A stretch of DNA of 64,000 nucleotides from Octopus bimaculoides. Lineage: Eukaryota. Location: the NCBI RefSeq assembly GCF_001194135.2, contig NC_068983.1:89223530-89287529 (forward strand). The letters run 5' to 3'. Shown here piece after piece: positions 25,195-39,141 of this stretch (positions are counted from its first letter, which is position 1; every line of letters starts with the position of its first letter). The notes beneath the pieces were generated by a model, which saw nothing but the letters and a program-made list of their open reading frames with translations, was not told the origin of the DNA and made no database searches. The position numbers and the translations under genes are program-made.

Positions 25195-25542
25195 CAGCAA
25201 TGCATTAAATGTTTATAAATCCCATCCAAGGATTACTGTTATTATTACTATATTTATCCTGCATTATATCAGTACAGCTCAAGGCAACCCCAAAAAACTA
25301 GTTCACCAGTCAGCATCATTAGACTGTGGCTGGCATAATAGAACAGGAGCTTTATTTGCATATTCAAAACGTTTCCCGTAAACAAATTTAAAAGATATAT
25401 ATAAATTAAAGCATGTATGTATTTTGTAAGTATGTACATATGTATGCATGTAATGTATCTATGTACACTCGTGTGAGCACACATATTTGACTCTGAGTAT
25501 GTATATGTGAACATATATGCATGTGTGTGTGTATGTGTGTGT

Positions 25543-25584
<42 letters not shown>

Positions 25585-27253
25585 ATGAGTCTATGTAAAT
25601 ATGGTGAATGGTAAAAATGTGTGTATAAATGTGTGCATATGTACATATTTGTATATATAGATGTATATGTATATTGGTGTATTTTGGGATACTGAAAAGT
25701 GCCAAATAGTCATCAAGTGTCATGACCTGAACTACATCCCCAGCAAATTCTTGACAATGTGTGGCAAGCATGACCAAACATCGAAAGGTTTGGCACACTT
25801 TATAGTGGCTCTCATTTAAAAGCTCATATCTTCCTTTATTTATTTATTCTTTACATTGTATTTTTTTGTCAACAACTTCCTGTCTGTATGAACCATGCCA
25901 CAGGCATTCTTCATTCATCATCAATGTATTTGAGACGCAACTACTACCAACATCATCTAGTTGAGCTTATGAGCGAAATGTCACTTATGTAACTTGGAAT
26001 CCTGTTATGTCACCTGATGAGGCATTTCTGCACTGGGTGTGTGTGAGGGAGGGTGCATTGGAATTCAATATACCCTAACCCTAACATGAACCCAATCCCC
26101 ACCCACTAGGGGGCAGTGTAGAATTATGCCAAAACAATTGCTGTGATAAGTAAAGTATCCAGCATACTGTCTTCCAATATTAATTATTTAGAATATATAT
26201 ATAATGTCTAATTTTAATTCTTTGAGGTTTCCTTGTAAGGAGGGTGTTGGTTCTAACAAAGAAATGAAGGTCCCATCATTAGAATTTAGATAGGAACAAA
26301 ATTTTAAGGTTACATCTTGAATTTCAGAAGAGTCTTGTATGTTTCCACTGTTTTGCATGCAAAGTGAATTTTCAGAATACAAATGAGGTGACTTCATTCT
26401 TTGTTTGTTGGATGTATATATGTGTGATTTTTCTTGATTGAAGTTTTAGTGTCTATTTTGACACTAAAATATTGGCAAATATTGTGAAGAGTAAAAAACA
26501 GAAAATATTAAAAAAAAAAAGGACGGGGTCTTGTTCTTTTTGTCATCTATTGTGCAATCATCACATAGTTGATAAACTTTCAGTGCAAGAACATTAGAAT
26601 AATCAAAATCAGAGATACAGATTCTACTGATGCCTTGACCACTTCTGGACTATGAAGAAGCTTCAGAGTTGTTTTGATAGTATGCACACAAAGCTTTGCA
26701 TGAGGTTTAAAACATCTCATAGTGTGAGCATAAAACCAAAGAGATTTAGGAACACATTTCACCCATCTTTACCACTATTGCTAAATGCTGGGTAGACTTT
26801 GCTGGTCACTGCTATTGTGCTGAACACCAGGCCATATCAGATGTTATATTGTGGAGACTTCCAAACTCTATTAGAGAATAAAAACAACTCAGCTCTATTG
26901 ATGTTATTGGAAAATAAATAACATGAATTTGAGAACCTATCAAAGTTAATGAGAGAGAGAAAGAGAGATTACTGGTGTGATATATTGAAACATATCTCAT
27001 TTGCAACCATTTGAAGAAGACAAATTTAAGCTTATAGTTGCAGTGTAGTACCTGTACTTCACTGTAAACTATAAGCTTAAATTTCACTTCAGCCTAGCAA
27101 AGATGCTTTCTTTGATCTTTAAAATTATATTAATATTATAACAACTGATTTTTACTATTTTGTGAATTTTCTTTTCTCTGTCCCTGATCATTTTGTCTCT
27201 TTTCTCTGTCCCAGGTCACCTATGTCTTGACAGGAGCATTGAATAAGTCCTCT

Positions 27254-27295
<42 letters not shown>

Positions 27296-28070
27296 CACAT
27301 GCATATGCTTGCATTCATGCATGAGTGCATATGTTTATTTGTAACTTACGTTTACATAATTCAAACCAGTCACTAATAGAATGACACAGTTTTATTGTTT
27401 GAGTTAAAAGAGTGTAAGGGGTGTACATTTCTCTATAGTGCATGAGCATGTGTAAAGCACAAATGTGATTGTGTGTATATGTTCACAGCAAGCCAATTGG
27501 CATTGATCTATTTTGGAAGAACCCAGCATTTCCATTCTTTTGTGCAAATTTGTTGCAATCAAGCTCAGTGCAACTATGATGGTGCAAATGAGAATTCTGC
27601 ATTAGTTCACTGCAGATATTCTATTGTACCACAACTTTAGATGAGATATTCGCATTCAATGAATGTAGCTTGCTGGCACAACTACTTCACAGAAATGTGA
27701 GTAGTTGGATAGTTTATATCCTAGTAGCTCTTCATCTTCTTCATGTAATCAAATAAGGGATTTCCCAAACAATTTTGTAGAATTGATATAGATTGTAGAG
27801 TCCACTGGACTTTCTAATGATAGACCTGCAGCCTGCTGATTCCAATTTCCTATCTTACTGCAGCATATAAAATAGTAATCCATGTGCAAAAAAATTTAAT
27901 TTCACTACATGATTACTACAATGATTTTTTATAAAATGGTATTTCTTTGCACTTATCCAAAGAAGATAAACTTTATTTTACTAGGCTTCTATCACTGGTA
28001 GAAGTTTTAAAGTATAAGATTCAAAATATGAAAGAATGAATATTCTCTTATGCCAATATGAGTTCAAAGT

Positions 28071-28124
28071 CATGTATGTATGTATGTATGTATGTATGTA
28101 TGTATGTATGTATGTATGTATGTA

Positions 28125-28157
<33 letters not shown>

Positions 28158-28230
28158 ATGTATGTATGTATGCATGCATGTATGTATGCATGTATAAGTG
28201 TCTGTATGTATGCCTACCTGCATGCATGCA
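28071..28230. repeat. (TATG)n/(TG)n microsatellite
   Basis: Read directly. Confidence 0.95.
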
Positions 28231-29725
28231 TACATATATGTAATGTAATGTATGTTGTGAGGAAGTCTGTTGCATGTGTAAAGAGTAGCATAGGCGTATA
28301 ATGTAAAAAGTTTGCAGAATGTAGGTGAAAACTTATTTCATAAATAAATGTGAAAATGTGTTTGTATGTAAGTGTATGTATATATGCTTGTGTATATAAT
28401 TGCATTTGTATTCCCTTTGCAGCTTTAGCAACTCTGGACTAAAATTAAAAAACAAATTAATAAAAGACACACACTTCAACATGTATATTAACACACACAC
28501 ACACACACGCACTGGGGTCGGTATAATCGACTTAATCCGTTTGTCTGTCCTTGTTTGTCCCCTCTGTGTGTAGCCCCTTGTGGGTAGTAAAGAAATAACA
28601 CATACACACACACACACACACACATTTATACCATTTTCACATACATGAAAAGCAGGCATATACATGCACACACATGCACAAACACATACATATTCACATA
28701 GATGTATATATACACACATACACAAGCATGAAATGAAAGAAAAAGGAATAATGTTTCAGGTAGTGAAAATAGATAAAGAATAACCTACTCTCCACTCCCA
28801 CCCCTGCCCCAGGGTAGATCTCAGTGGACTTGGTGGTTCTTAAAATAAATATCTTGCTTGTACATTCTTTGGCAGTGTAAAGAGGATAAAAAGAGTGAGA
28901 GACAACAAAAGCAATAATAACAACTACAACTACAGACAAATAATTAGCTAGGCAAAACTTTTAATTAAAAGTTGAAGACAATAAGTGAAATGTGTGCGTG
29001 TGTGTGTGTTTATGTGAGTGAGAGAGTGTACCTTGATATAGAGACATGTTGAAAATGTAAAGGAGAAGAAGAATATAAATAACAAAAAGACAACAGCAAC
29101 AAGAAAAATACAAGAAAAACAACAAGAAAACAGCAAAAAAGGCCATAAAACACCAACATTAAGAAAACAGCAACAACAGGGAAGCAACATATTAGAATAT
29201 ATGGAACAATTGAATGGCCATAACCAATATCCCACCTCTCAAAAAGAGAAGGAAGATTAAAATATTTTTTCAATGTTGCATCAATACTTTTTTGGAATGT
29301 TCTTTTCAAAAATAAAACTAAGTATTCTATTATGATGAGAAAGTAGCGGAGGTGGAGGAGGAGGGCTGTCAAATTAAACAACAGTATATTGTACACAACC
29401 CAACATTGCCTACAATAGTAATAACAACAAGAATCTGCCTATCTCTGCTATGATCACTCCCAGAATCTTTGATAATACCAGGGCAGATTGGACAAGAATG
29501 AAGACATCCCATACATTGACTTCCGGTTTGATCTTGTAAGTAGTTTAAACACTGTGTTGCAGTTTGAAACAAGGTACTTAATTCTGCCTATTCCAGTTTG
29601 CTTGAGTGACCAAAAGAAATAAAAGTACTACTCCTACTTTGTGGTAAAAAAAGACATTCTGTTTTCAAAAGAAACTGCTCCAATAACAATAAAAAAAAGT
29701 CTCACCCATATAAGCAGGGAAAAGA

Positions 29726-30597
29726 TACAAGGTGGTATCCAAAGGTTCCCAGACTAGTTATGTTTAATAATGTTTATTTACCTAAGTTTTAACATCATCT
29801 CCTTCGAAATAGTCACCTTGCACAGCAATACACTAGTCCCAGTTTTCCTGCCACTTTTGGAATCTGGCCTGGAAGTTGTTTTCCATAAACAAGTCGAAGA
29901 CCTTCTGTGATTCACTCTTGATCTCGACAGTGGTGCTAAAACAGCAACCTTTGAGCAGATTTACATCTTGGGGAAGAGATGGAAATCTTCAGGTGCTAAA
30001 TCAGGTGAATAGAGTGCGTGCAGAAGTGATACCTTGTTGTTTTTGGCAAGAAACTCACAAGTGAGGAGAACTCAGTGACAGGGTGCATTGTTGTCATGAA
30101 CAATCCAATTCTTCATGTTCCACAGATCTAGTCACTTTTGCTGAGTGTCCTTCCTCAAATGCTTCAAAATGTCATCAATTGTCCCCTGATGATCCTCATG
30201 CAGAAGCGATGAATTTTCTCCACATTTCCAGGGTGACACCCGTGGCAGGTCTTTGAGATTGCTCATCATCTTCCAACAATGTTCCTCTGCTTTTGATGCA
30301 CCTGTGCCACTTGAAACATTGCATATGACCCATTAACTCATCACCATAAGCTTGCTAAAGCATGCTCAAAATCTCTGTAGCAGACTTTCCAAGTTAAATG
30401 CAAAATTTCACATTGGTTCTTCATTCCAACTTCCAGTTAATGACAAAAATTGCAGACTACAGCATACACAGTGATGTCACTCAACACATTGCCTCATGAA
30501 GGTCATTGCTAGCTCTCACTGCACACACCACTGTGTGCTGCCATCTGTTGAAATACTACAGAACTAGTCAGGGAAGCTTTTGATACCACATATGATA
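29726..30597 (-). mobile_element. internally deleted mariner element
   Basis: TIRs TA-CAAGGTGGTATCCAAAGGTTCCCAGACTAGTT and aactagtcagggaagcttttgataccaca. Minus-strand remnants YSPDLAPEDFHLFP and FQKWQ..WD.CIAVQGDYFEGD. Confidence 0.85.
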
Positions 30598-30625
30598 GTA
30601 AAAATAAAAACACAAGTATGTTTAA

Positions 30626-30815
30626 CCCTTTAGCATTTAAACCAGCCATTGCTGGCCCAAATATTCAACTTGTTTTACATTCAAACTAGCCAGATCCAAC
30701 CTCTCACACCTACCCTACAATGTCATTCTAAAAATAACAATCACATAATCAAAATTTTGAAGCTATGTGAATAAATAAGCATTACATTTGATAGAATACT
30801 TTAAATGCTAAAGGG
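30626..30815. mobile_element. 190-bp piggyBac-type MITE
   Basis: Perfect 16-bp TIR CCCTTTAGCATTTAAA, with TTAA on both sides (30622-30625, 30816-30819). Confidence 0.88.
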
Positions 30816-33800
30816 TTAAAAATTGACTGAATTGGCATCCAGTATCTTTTAACTAACTCCAGTCCAACATTGTAATGACCAGTGATACTTGATTCAATTG
30901 ACTTTAATCACCATTATGCATACTAGCAGAAAAACTGCCCTCCAGGCATGTTTTCGCTAGTTCCTAAATTATTTTTATGCATTTTTACCTATTTTGTGTA
31001 ATTTTTCTTTGTTATATCTAATTTTCCTTTGGATTCTTTTTTTTTGTTTTTTTCATAGAACTCACTTGTTCAGTAAATTTAGTGCATAACTACAGAAATG
31101 TGTCCCACTGAATTTGTTTCCTCATAACTTTCTTAATGAAAGTTTCTACATATACATTTCAGATGGTGTAAATTAGGATTATATTAGAATTTGTGGTGTA
31201 AAACTTTTTGAAAGAGAAGTATCAGACAATTTACATGCCTCAATTTTGTTTCTTCATAGCTTTCAGAAAAATGAGTATTTTTTAGTGAAATTTTTTACAA
31301 GGCGGTGCCCCAGCATGGCTACAGTCAAATGATGGAAACAAGTAAAAGATAAAAGATAACTTTCAGATGGTTTAGATTCTAATTATAAAAGAATTTAATG
31401 CAAAAGAAAAAAAAAAAAAAAGGAACCCTAACTCTAATGTTGCAAAAGAAAAAAAAAAAATTCAACCTATGTGATCCTTGCAATTTCTGGCGTACTAAAC
31501 AGCCATGAAGAGGATGAACTACCATCAAATTTGTTTAAAAGTGTCTGATTAAGATTGCAATAAAATAATGAAAGAAATATGTATGCTATAATTTGTACTA
31601 GCATTGTACTGCCCTTTCTACAAAGACTTCTTTCAGAGAATTTTCAGAAAAGGGTGGAATAGTCTTCAAAAGTAATTTTTTTTCAACACAACTGTAAAAA
31701 AATCATCAAAATGCATGAGGAAAACAAAACAAAGATGTATGAAATATCCTCTCCCCCATTTTGCTTGAACATTAAATTCCAATACGATCATAATCTACGC
31801 CATCTAAAACATAATTGCTGAAAATTTCATTAAGGAATATCCATTTTCCTGTGAGTTATGAAAAAACAAATTTGGGAGTGGAGGGGTACACTTCTGTAGT
31901 TATGCCTAACTGACATAAGTAAACTAAAGCCAATTTTCTTATTCAACTTCTGTTTCTTCAACAACACCATGTAATTATGAAAGGATACTGAACCAACACA
32001 ATTTGGCTGACACTAAATTAAACTGATAAGTTGTAGAAAGTAGCATTGCAGGTGCTAGGGAAACCTTTATATTTTCACAAGTATAAACAGACATAATTTG
32101 AAATGTTGTATTGAATAAAATTTGTGATTGGAGCGTATACTTAAAACATTCAATAATAAACGAATCTTCAAACCACATTTTGATGAAGATATACTAAAAC
32201 TGGAATTTAAAAACTATTTTACAAAGGGTCTAGTCTTTGATAATTGCTTTCTTTTAGTAAAAGTTACATTCCAGCTACTTGCAGCTTTCTCTATTGTAGT
32301 ATAGATTATTATGCTGAACCTCATGAATGGGACCTCAAAGTGTAGAATTTGCCAACTCTAAACTAGATATTTGAAATCTAAGAAGCTCATTGCTGACTAC
32401 ACAAATCAATCTGCCCCAGCAGCACCACCAATAGCAATGATAATTGGCAGTAATAATAGAAAAAGCAGACCAGCAATGTTCCTATCATGGCATAGTGCTA
32501 AATGTAAAATTACTAAACTTCAGCTAAAGGAACAAATCACATAGTTTAGATTAAAATATTGGAATAATCTACATAAAAATAGTAGAATATTCAAATAAGT
32601 TCCCCCATTGGAACTTAAAATTTTAATCACCTCATCTATACCACCACACATTACATGAAGCTATTAAACATTTGCAGTTTACTGCATTACATGACATTGA
32701 ATTACACCAAATTATGGTTTTAAAATGGTACAATGTTTATAAAAAACATCACCACCATTTCATACTGTGTGTTTTCTGCTTTATGAAGTCAGGTATAGTT
32801 TGTACAGTCTGAAATCTCTCAGAGATATGTCAGCAAGAAATTCAGGGGCTTTGTTTCCTTCTTTCTGTTTTTGAAAGGAAGAGCAGCAATATTCATAACT
32901 TTTACAGAACCCTAACAAACTGATGTAAGCTGGCTGATTTTTAAACTAAACATCTTGTAGGTTGAAGTTTGAGGGAGGAAGAACAAAGTGAAGTGTTTTA
33001 TGTGATGCCTTGTTGAGGATACACAGTAGAAAGATGAATGGAGTAGACAATTAGTCTGGAGTGGAGAAAGTATACAGCTATTCTAGGGAATCAAAGACTA
33101 TTGCAGCAGTAATAAAGGAAGCAGAGTGGAATCAATGTTAAATCTATTGACACACAGAATTGATCTCAGTTGTCATACTAAGTAATGCTAAGCATATTGA
33201 GCTAAGATCAACTTTCTTAAGCCACTCACTTCACCCCATCTTTTCAATAAAGCTTTAAGGAAACTATTAAATATGTAAACAGCAGGAGTACTACAGTGAA
33301 TTTAGTGAAAATGTGTTTCCTGAGATTGGTTCAATCACAAAATAAGAAAACTAATTTCATGCATGTGAACTACCAAAAACAATAAGAACAACATTAAAAG
33401 CATGATAATAGCTAACAGCGACCACCCTCCAGGTAGTTTTCTACTAGCCACTTGATATTTTCATATTTGATTCCCAATTCTAATAATTTTTATGATATTT
33501 TACATCTAATGATTTCTTTGTATAATAGTGCCCACTTGCTTAGTAAATATTGCTTTCATTATTCTATCACAGTCATAATCTCTCTTTATTAAACAAACAT
33601 CAAGGTAGTCCAACTACATTTAGTGTGCAAAAAAATAGCAGTGATAACAGAGATATTTTAATACCTATAGCATATCAAATAGCCATAGCAACAAATTCAC
33701 TTGATAATTCTTAGATAACAACAGAAATGAAATAAGTCACATGAGTTCGAAGCTTCAGTAAGTTTTAATAAGTTGTCCAATATAATTTTTTTCCAGTATG

Positions 33801-34495
33801 TATAAACAATAAACTGAGGGCATTTACACAAAGAATTTAAATCAACAAAATACCTAATTTCCTTGTATGAAATAATTAAATAAAACTTGTAATGAAAAAA
33901 TTGCAGTGATTAATGAAAACAATTAGAGGTGGGAGAAAGAGAGAGTGAGAGACTGTTGCAAATGAAAATGAAACTTTCACCAGAACATATAAATATTGTT
34001 TATCAAATGTTAAAACCTACTCTGCAATGTTTATCAAATGTTAAAACCTACTCTGCTTACTCTTTTACTCTTTTACTTGTTTCAGTCATTTGGCAACAAA
34101 TATTTAAATTTGTGACATTAAATAATAACAGATGCTTTGAAAGTGCCTTTTTATCCATATATATTAACAGAGGAATTTATAAAATTTTCCAGAGAGTCAA
34201 ACCTATAAAAGCTCATTAAAACTATCTTGTTTCCAAATATTTAAATTTGTGAATTTGAAATATTCGATAACAAAAGGAAGTTCTGAAAGTAAATTTTCCT
34301 GAAAATTTCAATCTATAAAAAATCTCACTTGCTTAGAAAATATTTCTTTCAGCAATTTCGAAGTTGTAATATATCTCTAATTTAAACAAACTTCAAGGTA
34401 ACCCAACAATGTTCAGCATGCTAGAAATAGCAGCGATCACATAGTTATTATTGTAAGCCTTATAGTGTTCCAAACAGCCATACCAACAAAATCAC

Positions 34496-35063
34496 TTACT
34501 CTTTTCTCTCTTTTGCTTGTTTCAGTCAACTGACTGTCGCCATGCTGGAGCACCGCCTTTAGTTGAGCAAATCGACCCCAGGACTTATTCTTTGTAAGCC
34601 TAGTACTTATTCTATCAGTCTTTTTTGCCGAACCGCTAAGTTATGGGGATGTAAACTGTTATGTCTCAACGCTACTGCTATCTAGCACCTTCGGATGATC
34701 TCTACTCACCCACTACACAACTGCTACCCGACTGCTACTCAACACTCCTAGCACGGCCAGATTACCTCTATTTATATGTCTTGAGAGATCTTACTTCTTC
34801 GCCTGGGGGCGTCGACACAATATAAACACACCAGCATCAGTTGTCAAGTGATGTTGGGGAGACAAACACAGACACACAAACATATATATATACATATATA
34901 CGACGGGATTCTTTCAGTTTCTGTCTACCAAATCCACTCACAAGGCTTTCGTTGGCCCAAGGCTATAGTAGAAGACACTTACCCAAGGTGCCACGCAGTG
35001 GGACTGAACCCAGAACCATGTGGTTGGTAAGCAAGCTACTTACCACACAGCCACTCCTGTGCC
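34496..35063 (-). mobile_element. tRNA-head SINE interrupted by a 166-bp insertion
   Basis: Minus strand starts ggcacaggagtggctgtgtggtaag (A-box) ... ctgggttcagtccc (B-box). (AAAAGAGT)-type tail at 34496. Same family as 62821-63205. Confidence 0.85.
34657..34822 (-). mobile_element. probable solo LTR (166 bp)
   Basis: Flanked by 5-bp TSD TAAAC (34652-34656, 34823-34827). Termini TGTTATGT / ACACAATA form an imperfect inverted repeat. Minus strand has TATAAATAGAGG. Confidence 0.65.
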
Positions 35064-35799
35064 TTCTTAATTTTTTTTTTTTTTTTTAATTATACCAGTA
35101 TATTAAAAAATTTTCATTTTATCAAAAATTTCATTTAACAAACTCCAGAAATTGATATTATTCTTGAAATTGTGTCTCATAGCATTCATTCATTCAATAA
35201 ATAATTTTTTTACATTACGTATATAGAATAAACTGTGGATTTTGCAAATAGTGAATTAACACTTGAAATAAAACCATTCAAATAAATATATATTATATAA
35301 TCATTAATGAAAATGGAGGTGAGAGAGAGTAAAAGACTGTTGCAAATGAATAATATTGTGTATTAAATATTAAAATCTATTCCACAGTAAATACAATGAA
35401 TATTTAAATTTGTGAAAAACTTGTAGTTCAAATATTCAATGAACTTGAGAAAACGAAATTGCAGGAAATTTCTTGGAATATGAATTTCTAAAAAAATTTC
35501 CAGTCAAGCTTTCTTCTGGTAACTGTTACATAACTAATTAATAAGCAGCTTCCTCCATTATAATGTGGATTTCTAACATAGACAGAGTGCCACAAATTTT
35601 GAGGGAGAGTATAGTCATTGTTCTACTTCTACTTGTATATGATTGTACATTGCTCCCAATCTGTCAACTTCTAGAGTTTGTACCACAGTAACAACAATAA
35701 TAATGAGAAGGAAGAAATTGATATGAAATTCAGTCTAGAAAAATGTGCCCAAACAAAGTTTGAACAGACGAAAATTAATAAAGTCCATTGATATCTTAA

Positions 35800-36686
35800 T
35801 ATGAGGGGATACCCAAAATTTTGGAATTTTGCAATATTATTTTATTCACTTAGTTTTACATTTACACTTTTATCACCTTCAAAGTATTCTCCATTTGAAG
35901 CAATGCATCAGCCCAGACACGTTTTCCACTATTCAAAGCAGTGCTGGATCTCTTCCGAGGTGATGCCTTTTAACACCTCTGTCGTTTTTTTCTTCACCTC
36001 TTTCACATCTGCAAATTCCGTAGCACCAGCTTTCATCACATATGATGACCTGTGAAAAACGGTCCAGATCAACTTCCAACTGTTCTTTCAGTTCATGACG
36101 GGCATTCAGTCGTGACTACTTTTGATCTTCTGTGAGCAAGCAAGGCACAAATTTGCTACAACTCTTTTCATTTGCAATTCCTCACTCAAAATTCATTGGC
36201 AGGAGCTCCAGGACACACCAATCATATCAATAAGTTCATCAATTGTTCAGTGATGGTCTTCCAAGATCAGTTCATGAATTTTCATGTTTGCATTCGTTCA
36301 GGATGACCTCCTGAATGAGGTTGGTCTTCAAGCAACAAGTGGCCATTCCAAAAGTGTGGAAACCACTTGTAAACTTGTGTTTTGCTCATGGCAGTGTTCT
36401 TGTAAGCTGTTTGAAGCATGACAACTGTTTTGGCCACCGTTTTCCCCAGCAGAAAACAGAATTTTATGGAAACACACTGTTCCTTTGTCTCAGCCATTCT
36501 AAAACATCGACAAATGGGAGAAGCATTGCAAAACAAAGATGCATGATGTGACAGTAAGACTTCACCTGACACTGGTCAGCAGACAGATGCCTGAGGGTCA
36601 TATTAAGTATTTTCCTAGTGGCAGAAGCCTGAACTACAACGGTCCCACAGAGAACGTTTCCAGTTACTTTTGGGTACCCCCCTGTA
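35800..36686 (-). mobile_element. internally deleted mariner element
   Basis: TA-flanked TIRs TGAGGGGATACCCAAAA and TTTTGGGTACCCCCCTG. N-terminus MAETKEQCVSIKFCFLLGK...TQVYKWF...EDQPHSG; C-terminus CIASNGEYFEGDK. Confidence 0.9.
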
Positions 36687-36759
36687 GAAGAAAACAGAGA
36701 TAAGAAAATTAGACTAAACACAGACTAACAAATACTTAGGGATTAATGAACTTGAAAGA

Positions 36760-38625
36760 GTCATCATAGTTCATTCATCTTTGTCAACAATGACCAAAGA
36801 CATCACATGGGAGAAGGTGTGTGCTCACAAGGCTCTGCTGCAGACCAGGCACTGGTGGTCTGCTGGGAGTTGGTTCTGGACTTGTACAGTTCATTTCCTT
36901 TGTTCCCCTGCAATCCTGTTCTATTTGAAGGAGGTAGCACTTTTGTTGGTACAGCTTCACCGGACAGGGCAGTCTTGCACTTTGCATGCACTTGTCTTCT
37001 GCCAGTTTGTTGTAAAATAGTCTCTTGGGGAGCCATGTGTCAAGTATTTGAACAAGGTGGCCTGCCCACCTGGCTTGTGCTCTCTTCAGCAGTGTGTAAA
37101 TGCTTGGCCATTTAGTTTGAGAGAGGACCTCTGTGTCAGGGACCATGTCTTGCCAGATGATTTTCAATAGCTTTCTGAAGCACTTCATGTGGAGGTGGTT
37201 TAACATTTTGACATGGTATTTGTAAACCATCTACGTTTTACAGGCATACAGTGGTGTAAACAGTACAACTGCTTTGTATACCTTCAGCTTAGTGACCAGC
37301 CTGATGCCTCTCCCTTTCCACACCGATTCACGTAGCTGCTCAAATACTGAGCTTCTCTTTGCAATGCATATGTTGGCTTCCTTTTCAATGTTCACAGATC
37401 TGGAAAGTGTGATGTTGAGGTACATGAACTTATCAGCAACCTTCAGAGATTCCCCTTTGACAGTGATAGCTGGTTCCATTTATCGTTTCTGCGGGACAAG
37501 TCAGTGTATGACTTCCATCTTCTGAGTACTGATTGTGAGGCCAAAGTTGTTGCAGCGAGTGGAAAAGTAGTTCATGTTCTGCTGCATCTGGGTCTCTGTG
37601 GCAGCATTGAGTGCACAGTCATCTGTGAACAGGAAGTCATGCACTGAGTCCTCTTCCACCTTGGTCTTGACCTGTAACCTCTGCAGGTTGAAGAGTTTGC
37701 CATCAGTCCTGAATCTGATTTTGATGCTGGTCTCATCACCATTGCAGAAAGCATCCTAAAGTTAGCATGTGGCAAAAGATCATGTCAACTGTCCTATGGC
37801 CCTCTCTGAAGCCACACTGACTCTCTGGCAGATGCCCATCTTCCATGTGCTGAGTGAGGTGGTTAAGGAGGACTCAAGTATCTTGCTTGCAATAACAAGA
37901 AATGCTTTGATGGTTGCCACAGAACTGCTTGTTTCCTTTTCTCTTGTGGAGGTGGACAATAGACGCATCTTTGAGCTCCTGAAAGAGATTAGTGGCTAAA
38001 AATATTGAAAAGGTGAGCAGAGCACTTCAACAACATTCTGAACAGGCGTTCCTCTATCAATGCTGAGGCCATTGCTTGCATGCTCCAAGTTGACATCAAT
38101 ACATCTCTGGCAGAGCCTTCAATGGAAGCAGAGGTCTAGAAAACAATTAAGCTTCTCTCAAATGGCAAGGCACCAGGCTCTGACTCCATCCCAGCTGAAA
38201 TATACAAGGCAAGAGGACCAGTCTTGGCACAGAAGCTCACTAATCTCTTTCAGGAGCTCAAAGATATGTCTATTGTCCACCTCCACAAGAGAAAAGGAAA
38301 CAAGCAGTTCTGTGACAACCATCAAAGCATTTCTTGTTATTGCAAGCAAGATACTTGAGTCCTCCTTAACCACCTCACTCAGCACATGGAAGATGGGCAT
38401 CTGCCAGAGAGTCAGTGTGGCTTCAGAGAGGGCCATAGGACAGTTGACATGATCTTTGCCACACGCTAACTTCAGGAGAAGTGCCAGGAACAGAACTAAG
38501 GCCTTTGACACCATCAGTCATGAGAGACTTTGGAAGACCATAGGAAAGTTCAGCTGCCTGGACGGCTTCATCAGCGTAGTGTGACAGTTCAATGGCAGCA
38601 TGTTCACTGGAAAATGGAGATTGTT
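36760..38625. mobile_element. BovB-like RTE LINE remnant with inverted 5' part and inverted duplication
   Basis: Minus 37758-36760: FRTDGKLFNL, DFLFTDDCAL, FGLTIS, KFMYL, RWAGHL. Plus 38000-38625: AEHFNNILN, GKAPGSDSIPAEIYK, LPESQCGFR, KAFDT. 37759-37994 is an inverted copy of 38238-38472. Confidence 0.88.
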
Positions 38626-38629
38626 CCAA

Positions 38630-38900
38630 CTAGACAAAGTACAACATGCACAAATGACGGAAAAGATTGGAAAAGAATTGTAGAGAGACATTAGATGAAT
38701 ATCTAAAATAGAGCTAAATGCAAAAGTAAATTTTAAAATTATAGTAAAATAAGGTAATAAGCATCAATACTGTCCCAGTAATAAGTTATTGTAATAATAT
38801 GTGTAACTGAATTCTTAGAATCAAGACTAGATTAAGTAAACAAGAAAACCAATGAATGCATTCAGAACACATCACCCAAAATTCTACATAGAATGAATAT
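38630..38900 (+). mobile_element. old R4/Dong-type RT-thumb fragment
   Basis: Shares aaaataaggtaataagcatcaatac..ctgtcccagt.ataagttat with 45460-45510. Confidence 0.55.
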
Positions 38901-39107
38901 ATTAACCATGAATACATGAATAAAACAAAAGATTGTTTTCTGTCTTCAAGAAGTTAACATATATAAGGCAGACTAATGTAAGAATAGTGACAAGAAAGGA
39001 GAAACAAAACTGAAACTACAATAAAATAAAATAATAAAAGTTGAAGTAAAACTGAGTTTACAGAATGTCATGGAAAAGAGCTTACATGACCAATACCAGG
39101 TAGATAA

Positions 39108-39141
<34 letters not shown>

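Noticed and set aside
26014-26020. CTGATGA box as a second hammerhead
   Set aside because: No correctly placed GAAA and helices II and III cannot be formed.
29369-29572. Minus ORF with hydrophobic stretch ILVVITIVGNVGLC as candidate CSPG4 signal-peptide exon
   Set aside because: No convincing phase-1 GT donor after the hydrophobic stretch, and the N-region is atypical.
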